64,000 nucleotides of DNA from Octopus sinensis (GCF_006345805.1 NC_042998.1:149544001-149608000), one strand, 5' to 3'. Positions 13,563-27,611 are shown, numbered from the stretch's first letter. Translations and numbers: made by a program. Notes: generated from the letters alone by a model not told the origin.

Positions 13563-14020
13563 ATCTATCTATCAGCACTCTCACTTTCTCTCTCCCCATA
13601 CCTGTGTATATGTGTGTCTATGTGTGTGTCTGTGTATCTGTGGGTATATGGTATATATCACTAAACATACACATACGTATACACTCATATACACGATCAC
13701 ACGCACACTTCACATATGCACACAGAGAAACACATATGCACACACACATTTATACAGAGAAAGAGAGAGAAAGGGAGAGAGAGAATCAGTAATTTCTTTC
13801 CTGTTTTTTAAAAATATTTTTACTTCCCTACATACACGCACATACACAACTATTACTAATACATATACGTATACGCATATAAAAAAAAAACATACATAAT
13901 ACATACGTGTCTATGCGTGTGTTTGTTGTGTGTGTATGAATTAATGTTTGTACGCATGTATGTGTTGAACCTGTTCAAATATATATATATATATAATATA
14001 TATATATCTATATATATATA

Positions 14021-14055
<35 letters not shown>

Positions 14056-14318
14056 GTCTATATATTATATTTATACTACATACATACATTTAATACATAC
14101 AAACATAAATATATATATGTTTATATGTATATATATGTATATATATGTATATATATATATATGCATGTATGTTTATACACATAATATGAATATATATAAT
14201 ACACACATATATAATTTATATGTATACATTATATATATATAACATATGTATATATATATGTATGTATGTATACACATACATATGAATATATGTACACACA
14301 CATATATATATACATATG

Positions 14319-14351
<33 letters not shown>

Positions 14352-15935
14352 ATGAAATATATATGTATATATAAATATGTACATATATATGTATATATAA
14401 TATATACACAATATATATGTATTATATATAGATATATATATATACATACACACACACACACATATATATAATATAACATAGATACATATTCATCTAGATA
14501 TAAATACATACACATACACATATATATATATGATATATGCATATGTGTGTGTATGTGTGTGTAAAACATACAGATATGCAAATGCACATATTTCAAACGC
14601 ATACACATACACATACACTTCCACGCACAAAATACAAAATATGAAAAATTAAAAAGAAAAGAAGCGCAAAGAAACCCCAATTGAGTCTAGTATCAACAAA
14701 CAACAAACCAAACAAACATACATGGCAAACAGCAAGAGCAACAACAACCACAACATCAACAAGTTATGATGCAAAGAGTTTCGTCAGTGAGTGGGTGCTG
14801 TTGGAGTGTGACGAGACAGCATGAGTGACTGACAGAAAGTGTCTTGAAAGACGTGCATAGTGAGTGAGTGGAAGGGGGAGAGATAGATGTGGAGGTTGGG
14901 TAGGAGGAGGTAATAGAGAATGAGAGAGACACACACACACACACACTTTTCCTTCTATTTTTCTTGGGCGTAAATCTAGTACATTGTTTTTAACTCGTCT
15001 TCGTGTTATTTATAATTTTGCACACTCAGTACCCCCTCCACACATACAAACAATAGAGATTGATAGATGGATATTTACATACGCATATGCTATCTTTTAT
15101 TATATCTCGTTTCAGTCTCTGGACGGTGGCTATGCTTGGGCACCGCCTTGACACTGGTGGTTTGTACTTTGTCTCAATTTTCATATAAATTTAGAAAGAG
15201 CTGTGTTTTTTTCGGCTGGCGATGACATAACAAGCTGTCCTGTTGATACTGGAAAATTTTGTAGGGTTGTGCACTGTAAGCTCTATCCAACATATTGAGA
15301 TGTTGTTGGTGAGGACAGCGGCTCGGTATATAGCAATTTTATCTAGACATTGGTGAAGGCATGATTGTGTAGTGAAGAAGCTTGTTTTGCAATCACCTTA
15401 ATCTCAAGAGAGTTGGACAGCTCGCAAGCGACAGTAACTAATTACGTCCTACGTCTCCAAATGCCAAAGATATAATAATCCGAAACATACACTATTTGGA
15501 GTAGGTTGGGGTATTCATAGAATATATCAGATCATGTTCAACACAACAGGATCTATAAAACAACAATAACAGCAACAACAACAACAACTGAAGTCAGTTG
15601 GCACTAAAACAATCGTGTTGCACCTGAAATCATCACAGTCTTAGTCTTGGTTTGACATGAGAACTATAAGGACGAGTTACTCACATAGGTCTCACGCTTA
15701 TTCTTGTCGGAAGGTTTTAACGCTATTTGCACTAAAAAGGCTTCTTTTAACCCACGTTCGACTATCAACCTGATGTACTCCAGACAGGGTTTAGGGTTAG
15801 GGATAGGCTCCTATACTATTTGTTATATATACTACTGACCTTCCTATGGTTTCTTCTAATCCTGGTAGAGACTTATATGACTTCTGCCACCGCCATTCCA
15901 TTTTAACCAGCCCGTACATGCATAACATACACACT

Positions 15936-15967
<32 letters not shown>

Positions 15968-16138
15968 CACACAACATCTTCTACCGAACTGGTTCAAGCA
16001 GATTTATTCTGTCTCCAAATGAACACATTACCAATCGTAAGTATGAATACCTGCTCTCTACAGATATTTATGTGTTATGTAGTAACTTTATATTACAAAG
16101 TGGAACGTACAATTTCCTATAATTTAGACCGTCTCATG

Positions 16139-16387
16139 TCACCAAAATAGAAAAGGCGTTGCCCGGACGATGGCGATGGAGATGCGTTGGAACAGCCACT
16201 GTGACTCACGGGGTTCGCACTTGTGGATAGCCATCTCCCCCCCTATAGCGATGTGTAGAGATATGATCAGAGGGTCAACGACGCCGGAGCTCTCCACTAT
16301 CACAGGCTTGATCATTAATGAAAACATACCTTCGTATGGACCAGTCAGTCTTGTACTACCCTCGCTCTTCTTAAGCATGAACAGCAC
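16139..16387 (-). pseudogene. C-terminal fragment of a CRE-like (RLE-type) non-LTR retrotransposon
   Basis: KPVIVESSGVVDP..IG..EPRESQWLFQRISIAIVR resembles the CRE-clade C-terminal P.AVET.G..G.PR...LFQR.S.A..RGNA motif. Confidence 0.55.
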
Positions 16388-16959
16388 AGCTAAATCTCTC
16401 GAAGTTGTTACAAATTCTTTGCGCCATAATTTCTGATGAAATATCCTGGTGTCTTCATCTACAACACATACAAAACTTCATCTCTAAAAATAGACCCAGG
16501 TTTCAGAGCCAGAAATAGTTCAGGTCTGATTAGTGTCTGGCTTTACCTCCATTGCAATTTCAAATCTTCACCGCTGCTACTCCATTATATTTCACTAACC
16601 ACATACATACGTACACACAGTTATCGGTAATTCAACACGCTACAAACACTACATCACAGATTTACCGTTTATATTTCCTCTCTTCTTTCTATATCACAAC
16701 TGTTCCTGGCATTCCGCGACACCTCAACGCCACCTAACGGCTGAAACCGTTCAATTTTCTCTTGTTTCTTTCACAATCTTAACCTGAAACTTCACACTTT
16801 ATGCTTTGTCGAATTTCTCTTCCACGGAACCAAAGTAGGCTGGAATTCCCACAATGCTGAAGTTTTAGCCTTAATTATTCTAACTGAATATTAATTCCAT
16901 GACTTCTTTCGCCTGGGATGCCTTCAAAAGGTCACAACACATGACTCTTACGCACACAC

Positions 16960-17009
<50 letters not shown>

Positions 17010-17089
17010 TACATACACACACGCACGCACGCATCCACACACTCACACACATATATACGCACATATATATACGTATGTGTATGTAAATC

Positions 17090-17127
<38 letters not shown>

Positions 17128-17550
17128 TGCAAACACTTTCATACAGATACACACGCACACACACACTCATACACACACGCACTTACACACACACGCACTC
17201 ACACACACGCTCATTTCTGTGTGTGTGCACAAGAGCGTGTGTATGTTCTTCTTAACATATTTTACGAATCTTATTTCTCATAATGAGCCGGAAGTGATCG
17301 AATATCTTATAACAAATATACAAAGGCTTATTGTTGACAAGGGTGAATAACTCCAGTGTTCACTTTTAGTCTGTCGCCATTTTCATTTCAATTACGTCAT
17401 TGATACTCTTGCGGAAAATATGAACGTCGTATATTTTTCATTTTCTCGTCTCTTTCATGAATCTAATACCGTATATTCATGTCTACGTGCTATATACGCG
17501 CATACGCACGTACGTACGTACATACATACATACATACATACATACATACA

Positions 17551-17584
<34 letters not shown>

Positions 17585-17649
17585 CAAAGAATACTACAAA
17601 TACCTAAGCGTTGGTATAAACATATCATACGAAGATGTGAATAAATGAT

Positions 17650-18850
17650 AGAGTGATTCGAAAATATTATATCAGGCTTAGAAAAATATGGTTTTCGGAA
17701 CTTTCCTCTTACAACAAAACATTATCCCTCAATGCATTTCCGGTACCAGTGCGAATTCCAACATTTGGGATATTTGACTGGGTTTGTAGAAGAAATCCAC
17801 TCCATACACATTCAAATCATCAAGATCCTGACACCGACTCCAAACATTCTCAGAAACAGTGATATTGACAGATTCTACCGAAAATGACAAAGGAGATAGA
17901 GGTGCCAAATGTCGTATAGTTTCTCTTAGACAGCACTTGCTAACAACAGTAGCAAAAAGGAATACATTAAATTAGTGTTGAAAACTGAAGAGAACAATCT
18001 ACGACGTTTCGCCAGTCAGGTCCTCAGGAAGCACTCTCATACTTGATTACCTCACATTCAACACCAAAAACTGCCGGACTAACGCACCCCAAAGAAGACC
18101 TAAATGGCAAATGCTCGACATACCCCCCCCCCACATACCCAAAAATGACATGGGTATGTTTCCCCAAGACTTGAAGAAGGTAGTAATTTCAACATGAAGT
18201 GCAGTCTTTCTTGAACTCATGGCTACTATAACACATCATGTTTCAAAGGCTATGCATTTGCAATCCAGGATCAGGATGTTCCTTCGAAATGTCGATAAAC
18301 AAAGGGACAGAGAAGCCATCGGCGCTCGCAGATCTAACCGAAGATACAGATTATGTCATATTTTTGTGGAACACATCACACACGTGATGAGCAGCTGTCC
18401 AAAAATGTCATCGAGGTACTACCTTCCTATGCGACACGTTATCACTGAAATAATTTACAATGCGATTCGAAGAAAAAATAAATATAGAGAATCCCTCCAT
18501 CATAAGCATAAGGAATATTGTAGGAACATTCCTACCAAAGCTTTTGTCAAGCTTAAACATAACAGAACGGATATTGTTACTTGCGGTAGACAAGAAAAAA
18601 CATCTTGCGTCACAGAGGTCAGCTATTCTGCTGCTTTGAATATCTCTTTGAAAACCAAAGAGAAAGAGGATAAATATAGACAACTGTATCAAAAGTTAAA
18701 TACACATTTATAATAAAAATAATTCGTGCACTGGGTTTTGTGAGTAAATGGCTAAGTGACAATCAGAGTAAGCTAGAGTTTTCAGAAACGAAAAAATAAA
18801 AAATAAAAAATAATAACCATCGTTAGGTGTAAACGAAACCGTAAAAATAT
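17650..18850 (+). mobile_element. Decayed R4/Dong-type RLE LINE, 3' portion
   Basis: YYIRLRKIWFSELSSYNK..FGIFDW, AIQDQ, YRLCH..EHITHVMSSCP..RH (zinc finger) and HNRTDIV..EVS (endonuclease). Confidence 0.75.
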
Positions 18851-19059
18851 ACTTTCCTCAAGTATGAAATGTGAATTTGATTTAGTTATTTACACTCCAG
18901 CGACGGAGTTTATCTTTGTTAGTATCCAACTGCTTCCTCAGACAGAAATTTCAAATAATTAAAAATAATGCGCGCGCGCGCACACACACACGCACTCTCA
19001 AACACACACGTTTATATATAATCTTTTCAACTCTAGGAGCAAATTTTGGGGGAGGGAGC

Positions 19060-19540
19060 CAGTCGATTAGATCGACCCAGTACGCAACTGGTACTTAATT
19101 TATCGGCCCCGAAAGGATGAAAGGCAAAGACGACCTCGGCGGAATTTGAACTCAAAACGTAAAGACAGACGAAATACTTATTTCTTTACTACCCATAAGG
19201 AGCTAAGTACAGAGAGGACAAACAAGGACAGACAAACGGATTAAGTCGATTATATCGACTCCAGTGCGTAACAGGTACTTATTTAATTGACTCCGATAGG
19301 ATGAAAGGCAAAGTCGACCTCGGCGGAATTTGAATTCAGAACTTTAAGACAGACTAAATACCTATTTCTTTACTACCCATAAGGGGCTAAGCACAGAGAG
19401 GACAAACGGATCAAGTCGATTACATCGACACCAGTGTGCAACTGGTACTTAATTTATCGACCCCAAAAGGATGAAAGGCAAAGTCGACCTCGGCGGAATT
19501 TGACCCCAGCGCGCTAACGTTCCTGCCAGCTCGCCGCCTT
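19060..19540 (-). mobile_element. Head-to-tail trimer of SINE family B
   Basis: Three copies of GAAAGGATGAAAGGCAAAG.CGACCTCGGCGGAATTTGA at roughly 170-180 bp period. A tRNA-like head is present only at 19505-19540. Confidence 0.85.
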
Positions 19541-19662
19541 ACACGTTTATATATAATGTACACGAACATGTGCTAAGTGAAGACGTGCAACGATCATGGA
19601 ATTGTGGACAAAAGGGCTCAAATGTAAATTTGAATTCCTGTGATATATATATATATATATAT

Positions 19663-19783
<121 letters not shown>

Positions 19784-19933
19784 GATTATTGATAGGCAAA
19801 GAATTCTCACCCAAGAATCTGACTGGCTTAGCGTATGTGTCGTTCAAAATGTCTGAAAAGAGCATATATACATTCATACATAACGCAGAAAGTATTGTCG
19901 CTTCGTTAAATAAATCTCAAAGAAAAGTCATTC

Positions 19934-19994
<61 letters not shown>

Positions 19995-20021
19995 ACACGT
20001 ACACACAAGCACACGTACACG

Positions 20022-20180
20022 ACGGGCTTCTTTTCAGTTTCTATCTACCAAGTCCACTCACAAGTCTTTGGTCGACCAGAGGCTATAATAGAAGACACCT
20101 GCCAAAGTTGCGAGGCAATGGTACCGAACCAGGAATCATGTGGTTGGGAAGCAAGGTTCTTACCAGACAGCCACACCTGC
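20022..20180 (-). mobile_element. SINE family A head
   Basis: Reverse complement of the family-A head. Confidence 0.8.
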
Positions 20181-20202
20181 ACTTTCTCTCTCTCTCTTTC
20201 TT

Positions 20203-20237
<35 letters not shown>

Positions 20238-20238
20238 C

Positions 20239-20274
<36 letters not shown>

Positions 20275-20342
20275 GTCTTGTATGTGTGTATGTGCATGCG
20301 TGTGTCTCTCTGTGTGTATAGATATATGTATGTGTATAGGTA

Positions 20343-20379
<37 letters not shown>

Positions 20380-20566
20380 ACATATATTTCTACATACACT
20401 GGCACACACATATACATTACATATACATATAATATATTTTAAGCTTGGTGAATGTAACCGGAAACGTGTCTGTAACCCAGTTATGCATACGGAAATCGAA
20501 GAGAACTGCCAGTCCAAGAACTAAATGCTTGCGTAGGCGTTATGGTTTTTAAGCATTTGTGCAACG

Positions 20567-20606
<40 letters not shown>

Positions 20607-20757
20607 GTGGACGTTGGGTACATGTACTAATTCGCCATATAACTACTTGCCGCGACCCTCCTACTTCTGACCAACCTGATGAGAGCAAGTGAGTACCAAG
20701 ATTCTAGAAAATTGGATATAATTGCTAACTTGATATTCAATTATGGTTCCACCTCGC

Positions 20758-20788
<31 letters not shown>

Positions 20789-21151
20789 TGTATGTGTGTA
20801 TGTATGTATGTACGTATGTATGTATGTATGTATGTATTATGTATGTATGTATGTATGTATGTATGTCTGTATGTATGTATGTATGTATGTATGTATGTAT
20901 GTATGTATATATGTATGTATGTATGTATGTATATGTGTATGTATGCGTGCATGCATGTATATATGTATGTATATATGTAAGTATGTATGCATGTATGTAT
21001 GCATGTGTGTGTGTATGTATGTATGTATGTATGTATGTGTGTATGTATGTGTATGTGTGCATGTATGTATGCATGTACATACATGCAAGTATATTTATAT
21101 GCATATAATTATGTGCGTGTATGTATGTATATATTGTTATATATATGTATA

Positions 21152-21246
<95 letters not shown>

Positions 21247-21284
21247 TCTGTGTATAAGTATATATGTATGTATAAATATATGAT

Positions 21285-21440
21285 TGCAAGTATGGCTGCG
21301 TGATAAGAAGCTTGCTTGCCAAACACATGGTTCTAGTTCAGTACACTGCGCGGCACCTCTGGGAGGTGTTTCTACTATAGTTTCGGGCTGACCGAAGCCT
21401 TGTGAGTAGGTGTGGTGGCGGAAACTGGAAGAAGCTCGTC

Positions 21441-21445
<5 letters not shown>
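21285..21445 (+). mobile_element. SINE family A head
   Basis: TGGCTGCGTGATAAGAAGCTTGCTT..GTTCAGTACACTGCG..GAAGCTCGTCG. Confidence 0.8.
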
Positions 21446-21480
<35 letters not shown>

Positions 21481-21576
21481 TATATATATATGTAGGTCCC
21501 GGGTTGAGTCGGGGTTAACCACAATAAATAAGGTACTCAATACATAGCAGAGTAAATTAATTTATTTTATAGAAGG

Positions 21577-21627
21577 AGCTTCAACGGGACTAGAACTGTT
21601 TCATTCAAATGAAATCATCAGGAAGCT
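21577..21627 (-). ncRNA. Type I hammerhead ribozyme motif (family 1, copy a)
   Basis: Minus strand reads AGCTTC-CTGATGA-TTTCATTTGAAT-GAAA-CAG..CCGT-T-GAAGCT, with one mismatch in stem III. Confidence 0.75.
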
Positions 21628-21857
21628 TGGTGTCAAGAATAGTTTTGGCATTTATACATTTAGGCAGATTTAAAGGGGTGGTGGTGGGGGACTTTTTTTG
21701 GGGTAGGCAGGGCACAAACTGTCTTTGTTAGGGGAGTGGTCAAAAGAATCAGTGATAAAGTAGATAAATGAATAATTAGAATAATAGAATAGAGTTTTAG
21801 GTAAATAAGAAGACTATCACTTATATATATATATATAATACATATACACACATAACA

Positions 21858-21889
<32 letters not shown>

Positions 21890-21908
21890 TAATATATATA
21901 TATACGGA

Positions 21909-21975
21909 CATGCTGATGATGGCTGCAGTTTTCCTTGCGGAAAATAAATAACAGCTGAAACTAATTTAGTACATG
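21909..21975 (+). ncRNA. Type I hammerhead ribozyme motif (family 2, copy a)
   Basis: CATG-CTGATGA-T-GGCTG..(TTTTCC/GGAAAA hairpin)..CAGCT-GAAA-CTA-ATT-TAGT-A-CATG. Confidence 0.8.
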
Positions 21976-22416
21976 GGTAATTATTTTATTTCGTATATTT
22001 TTCACTTGTTATTGCTATGGTTTTGTGTTGAGTTTGATCTGAGAACATAATCTTTTGTGGTGAATGGCGATTTGACGTCTATATATAGCATGTTGACTGT
22101 CCACTTTTCGTGTCAGTCCTTAATTGGTATATATAAATATTTTAATCTTCGGATTCTTTTTTAATATGCTAGACCACTGGTCTTAATTGATAAATATCAA
22201 TTTCTACCCTTAATTAATTTTATATAAATAAATATGTTCTCTAAACGATAAATTAACTGCTGCTAGTTATTAGCTGCAGGCTAGTTTTCTCGGGTTCCAA
22301 CGCGCCAAAGTAGAGGCATTTGAAAGATATATTCTAATGTAATAGGCTGAACTCCATGCACGCGATATTTCGGTATCGTGTTTGCATCTAGTCCATCAAA
22401 TTACATTTATAACGGA

Positions 22417-22480
22417 CCATGCATGATGATGGCTGCAGTTTTCCTTGCGGAAAATAACAGCTGAAACTATTTAGTACTGG
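22417..22480 (+). ncRNA. Hammerhead family 2, copy b (indels in core and stem I)
   Basis: CCATG-CATGATGA-TGGCTG..CAGCT-GAAACTATTTAGTA-CTGG. Confidence 0.55.
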
Positions 22481-22631
22481 GTAATTATTTTATTTCGTAT
22501 ATTTTTCACTTGTTTATTGCTATGGTTTTGTGTTGAGTTTGATCTGAGAACATAATCTTTTGTGGTGAATGGCGATTTGACGTCTATATCTAGCATGTGA
22601 CTGTCCACTTTTCGTGTTCAGTCCTTAATTG

Positions 22632-22665
<34 letters not shown>

Positions 22666-22672
22666 AATATAT

Positions 22673-22733
<61 letters not shown>

Positions 22734-23018
22734 CATATATATACATATATATACGACACACACATACACATACTCATACATACACACACACACATATATA
22801 TATATACATATATATACATATGTGTATACATGCACACATATACACGCACATTTCCTCCCTTATTTTATTTTTATTTTTATTTTTATTTTGACCTCGACCT
22901 ACCATCCCGGCGCTGAAGTCGACCCTCCCCAGGGAGCTAGCCGGCCTAAATGAAAACCATTTATTGCCCCTCTCCCTATATTTCAATCTCACTTCCCACG
23001 GATACGAACACAAACACT

Positions 23019-23050
<32 letters not shown>

Positions 23051-23344
23051 CACACACACACACACACTCACACGCACACTCATACACATACACGAATGCA
23101 CATGTTCTATGTATACACATACATATACACACACAAGTACACATATTCATACATACATAAGTGTACCGACTTTCGCATAAACGTACACATAACTATGTAC
23201 ACACAAAACCACATATATAAATGTACTTCAGTACACATAAACACACATGAACATCTGCCCGCATATATAGACGCATATGCCTCCCCACCACCAGCCCTTT
23301 AAATCTGCCTAAATGTATAAATGCCAAAACTATTCTTGACACCA

Positions 23345-23395
23345 AGCTTCCTGATGATTTCATTTGAATGAAACAGTTCTAGTCCTGTAGAAGCT
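23345..23395 (+). ncRNA. Type I hammerhead ribozyme motif (family 1, copy b)
   Basis: AGCTTC-CTGATGA-TTTCATTTGAAT-GAAA-CAG-TTCTAGTC-CTGT-A-GAAGCT: 6-bp stem I, 4-bp stem III, GUA cleavage triplet. Confidence 0.85.
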
Positions 23396-24796
23396 CCTTC
23401 TATAAAATAATATATATAATATATATATATATATAATCATATAATATATATATATATATATATATAGGTAATATATATGTATTATGCATGTATATATGTA
23501 TGTATGTATGTAAGCATGTATTTATATATATATTCACGTATGCGTGTCTTTGTGTATGTATATATATATATATATATATATACATGCACACATTTATATA
23601 CATACATCTATACATTTCTTTATGTATGCAGAAATATAGACTTTTGGATGGTTCAGTATATTGACATGTATACATATACGTACGCACAGACAGACACACG
23701 CACGAACTCATATTCACACACACACACCCATATACACATACACCTCCATGTTTGTGTGTATGTACCTCTATATATGAGTGTGTTAATGTTTAATGCAACA
23801 TTATATATTCGTGTACCTACATTCATATATGAGAATATATATGTATTTAATTTGTATTCAAATGAAATATTTCAAAGCTAAATGTACTGCTGAGCATCAT
23901 AATAGCACAAGTTTTCTCATCTAGAATTAAAGCAATGTCGTATTGATGAACATTTCAAGCCAATATTATTTTCGAAGTTCTCTCCCTTGATAATCGTGAT
24001 AAAACATGTCATTAATGCTCATAAATATGACCTCTTCACGAAATTTAATTTCAACATATTCTGACTTGTATATTATGTAAAGTAGTAAGCCATACTTTAC
24101 TCCAGACATAGATATACAAACAGCTATGTATATTGTTCTCTTTATATAGGTTGGTGACGAACCTATCGTTTTGGTTTCATATTTCAGTAGGTCAAATAAC
24201 GGTCTTGAACTGTCATGACTTTCGTATATTAGAGAATTTGTGTAAAAATTTTGTTATGTAATGTAGATATAAAACTCATATATTCACTCACATATACCCG
24301 TATACGTACATACACATAGAAACACGTACACACACGCCTGTATATGTATTACAATATTACACACACACACAGAGACACACATATATATACATAATATAAA
24401 TGTCTACGCAAACACATATATACACATACAAGCATATATATATATATATATATAATATATATATATATATATACATATAAGTGTGTGTGTGTGCGTGTAT
24501 GTATGTGTGTACATATATATTTGTGCGTGTGTGTGCATGTTATGTAATGTTAGCATTAATCGCAAGTTACCATCACTAGCTGGCGCCACCCAAGGACTGA
24601 GGCTCTGTTATTGAAAGGAAGTGATTTCTACTCCAGAAACCTTACGGAAATGGTTCAGCTTCACAACACATTCACAATATTGCTTCGTATGTGTATATTT
24701 ATGCATGTTTATGTATTTATGTATGTATGTATGTATTGATGGATGTATGTATGCGTGTGTATGTAAATATATATGTACATATATATATATATGTAC

Positions 24797-24828
<32 letters not shown>

Positions 24829-25146
24829 GTATGTATATATCATATATACATAAATATATACATATATATACATACATATATACGTAAATATGCATATATA
24901 TATATATGAGCATTTATATGTATCCATACGCGCGCACACACACACACATATTTATATATGCACAATTATATGTATTCAATATATATATATATATATACAT
25001 AGACTACATATTTACATAGCCATGTACAAATGCTTATAAATGTGAAAATATATATACGTTGATGTATGCTTATATATGTATGGATATCAAAAACAGTTTG
25101 CTCTAAGGATCCTTGATAAGTTTCTATAATGACATAATGATACACA

Positions 25147-25178
<32 letters not shown>

Positions 25179-25980
25179 ATTCAAACATGTATGTTTGTAA
25201 GCATTCTACGATTATACACAGACACACGTAACTATACACATATATATTTGAAAACACAGTTACCTTTTCTCCTTTCTATTATCTGCTACGACATGCACAC
25301 ACGTACACAAACGCATTTCACTATCAAACATGCTGACATACACCCTTTCACACATACTTACGCACATAATCAAGCCGCCATGTTAGTTAGATATTCATTC
25401 AAAATGAAAAGCTGATAAGATTTCAAAACCATACAAACAAATTATATACATATACTTACACATATACACACACACACACACAAACACACATGTGTATATA
25501 TATATATGTATGTACTTATGTATGTATGTGTGTATGTATGTATGTGTGTATACATGGATGACTGGATGCGTGTGCGTGAAAGAAATTGAAAATAAAAAAC
25601 AAAGAGGTAAAACAAAAAATGCTAAATAATAAAAACCTCATTGAACCTGGAGGAATGATGCAATCGCGTCGCACTCAGTCTCTTTCTTTCTCTCGCTTTC
25701 GCTCGTTATCGTAGGCTAAAGATATGCGCACGCATACAGGAAGCGGCGCTGCAGATAAAATGGAAGTTTTGCTACTTCTCCATCGACATTTCGTGATCAG
25801 TCGCCTGGTTGTGCGAATCTAGACGTAATCGAGGCGTATAAACGTGATATAGAGTTATTTAAAAGACATTGAGAGGCAGATGTGATAATTACTGTTATCT
25901 CTCATGTGATAATACTTTTGTGGTGGATTAGGAGGTTAGGTGGATGACAAATTCAAGAGGATAGGTATGGCGACAGACTC

Positions 25981-26066
<86 letters not shown>

Positions 26067-26278
26067 GTATATATATGTATGTATGTATGTACGTGTATAT
26101 ATATATATATTTATGTATGTATATGCATATTTGCATATATATGTATATATGTATATATCTGTAAATGTATCAATCTATCTACGTATATATCTATATATGT
26201 ACGCACATAAACACACAAACACATACACACACACACTCACATTGATATATATTGATATATGGGAATGTATGTGTGTGT

Positions 26279-26322
<44 letters not shown>

Positions 26323-26394
26323 TGGATGGATGTGCGTATATATATATACATATATATGCATGTATATACATATATAAATTATATATATATATAT

Positions 26395-26900
26395 AGCATC
26401 GTCACAAAAATTCGTTCGTTTCCTTCCAGTAGTATTCAAATTAACGTGCAGACTATTTTTTATCGTAGTGTTTTGTGACTTTTTTTCTTTTAGCTGTTCT
26501 TTTCTGAAATTTGAATAAATTTTCTTTCACTTCAGACCTATGACGTTGGTGTACCAAGTAGAAGAAAAAAACAAATGAGAATTTTCGGCACCTGCTACTC
26601 TTTGCTTTCGATCATGGTTCCCAAATTACGAAATCCACTCGAGAAATTTGTGCTGTGTACGGAAGAAGTGGTATTATAGAAAGAACTACACAGAAATGGT
26701 TTTCTTGCTTCAGGAAGGGGAAATTCGATCTCACAGACTTCCCGCGTTCCAGCCAACTTGTTCAGCTGAATACAGAGTGATTGAACGGGCTCATTCACAA
26801 GAAGTCGCGCTAATCAACTTGGAAATTACCCAGCAGATAGAATACTTCCATCATATCGTCATCCGTTATCTTCTGTCTGTGGGGAGGGTTCAGACGACCT
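26395..26900 (+). mobile_element. Mariner relic (left TIR and N-terminal HTH region)
   Basis: FRHLLLFAFDHG..TREICAVYG..ERTTQKWFSCFRKGKFDLTDFPRS. The TIR-like TCGTCACAAAAATTCGTTCGTTTCC resembles the TIR at 29093. Confidence 0.8.
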
Positions 26901-26981
26901 AATCGGCTTCTTTAGCAATACAACACTCGCTTCCATGCCGCTGAATTGACACACCCTGTCTGTCTGCCTGTCTATCTCTCG

Positions 26982-27018
<37 letters not shown>

Positions 27019-27037
27019 ATATATATATATATATATC

Positions 27038-27215
27038 GCTAGCCACCACACATTCTTTATTTTCTCTCCTTGTTTCTTTCTGTGGAAGAGCGTAGGCTCG
27101 AAACGTTAAAGACTTTTTCGCTCCCGAGCGTTATACTAATACATGTGTTTGTTGTCTACACCACCTGATTTCGTCTTTTGTTTTTGCTTTTTTTTTTGTG
27201 AATTCTTCCCCTATA
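27038..27215 (+). repeat. Short dispersed element (second copy 30650-30825) containing a hammerhead-like variant
   Basis: Both copies share GCTAGCCAC..CATTCTTTATTTT..CTGTGGA..TCGAAACGTTAAA..TACTAATACAT..GTGAATTCT. Confidence 0.75.
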
Positions 27216-27388
27216 TATATATACTTTCGGTGCGGATGGTTTTGTTATACGTGCCGGGTTTTACAATCCTGTAAATAATAATAATATTTATATAAGCCTA
27301 AAGCTCATTGCGATCACCGTGCACTGACTAAGAAAAACAGTCTAATAATGGGGCATATAAACCCTCGACAGAAAGATGTAGGCTTTCC

Positions 27389-27460
27389 TGTCTGCGTGGG
27401 ACTCGAACCCACATCTCTTTGTTAACGCGACTAAGCGTGTTACCATTACACCAGCAAATT
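27389..27460 (-). pseudogene. tRNA-like sequence (tRNA pseudogene or SINE head)
   Basis: Minus strand has a D-arm-like TGGTGTAATGGTAACAC and a T-arm GTGGG-TTCGAGT-CCCAC. The anticodon arm is irregular. Confidence 0.6.
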
Positions 27461-27509
27461 AGCCTCCCAGTTTCTATCAAATTTAAGAACTATATTAGTT
27501 CGTAGTTGT

Positions 27510-27611
<102 letters not shown>

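Larger units (their letters stand above)
21904..22636 (+). mobile_element. Non-coding LTR-like element with two direct repeats of about 230 bp, each starting with a hammerhead (retrozyme-like or PLE partial tandem)
   Basis: Repeats lie at 21904-22130 and 22412-22636. (TA)n flanks both sides and there is no ORF. Confidence 0.75.

Noticed and set aside
17995-18032. Minus-strand CTGAGGA..GAAACGTCGTA hammerhead-like string
   Set aside because: It lies antisense within LINE coding remnants, and stems I and II do not pair properly.
8548-19540. Regularly spaced repeats superficially like CRISPR arrays (8548-8690 and 19060-19540)
   Set aside because: The intervening sequences are homologous rather than unique spacers, the context is eukaryotic SINE sequence, and there are no cas genes.
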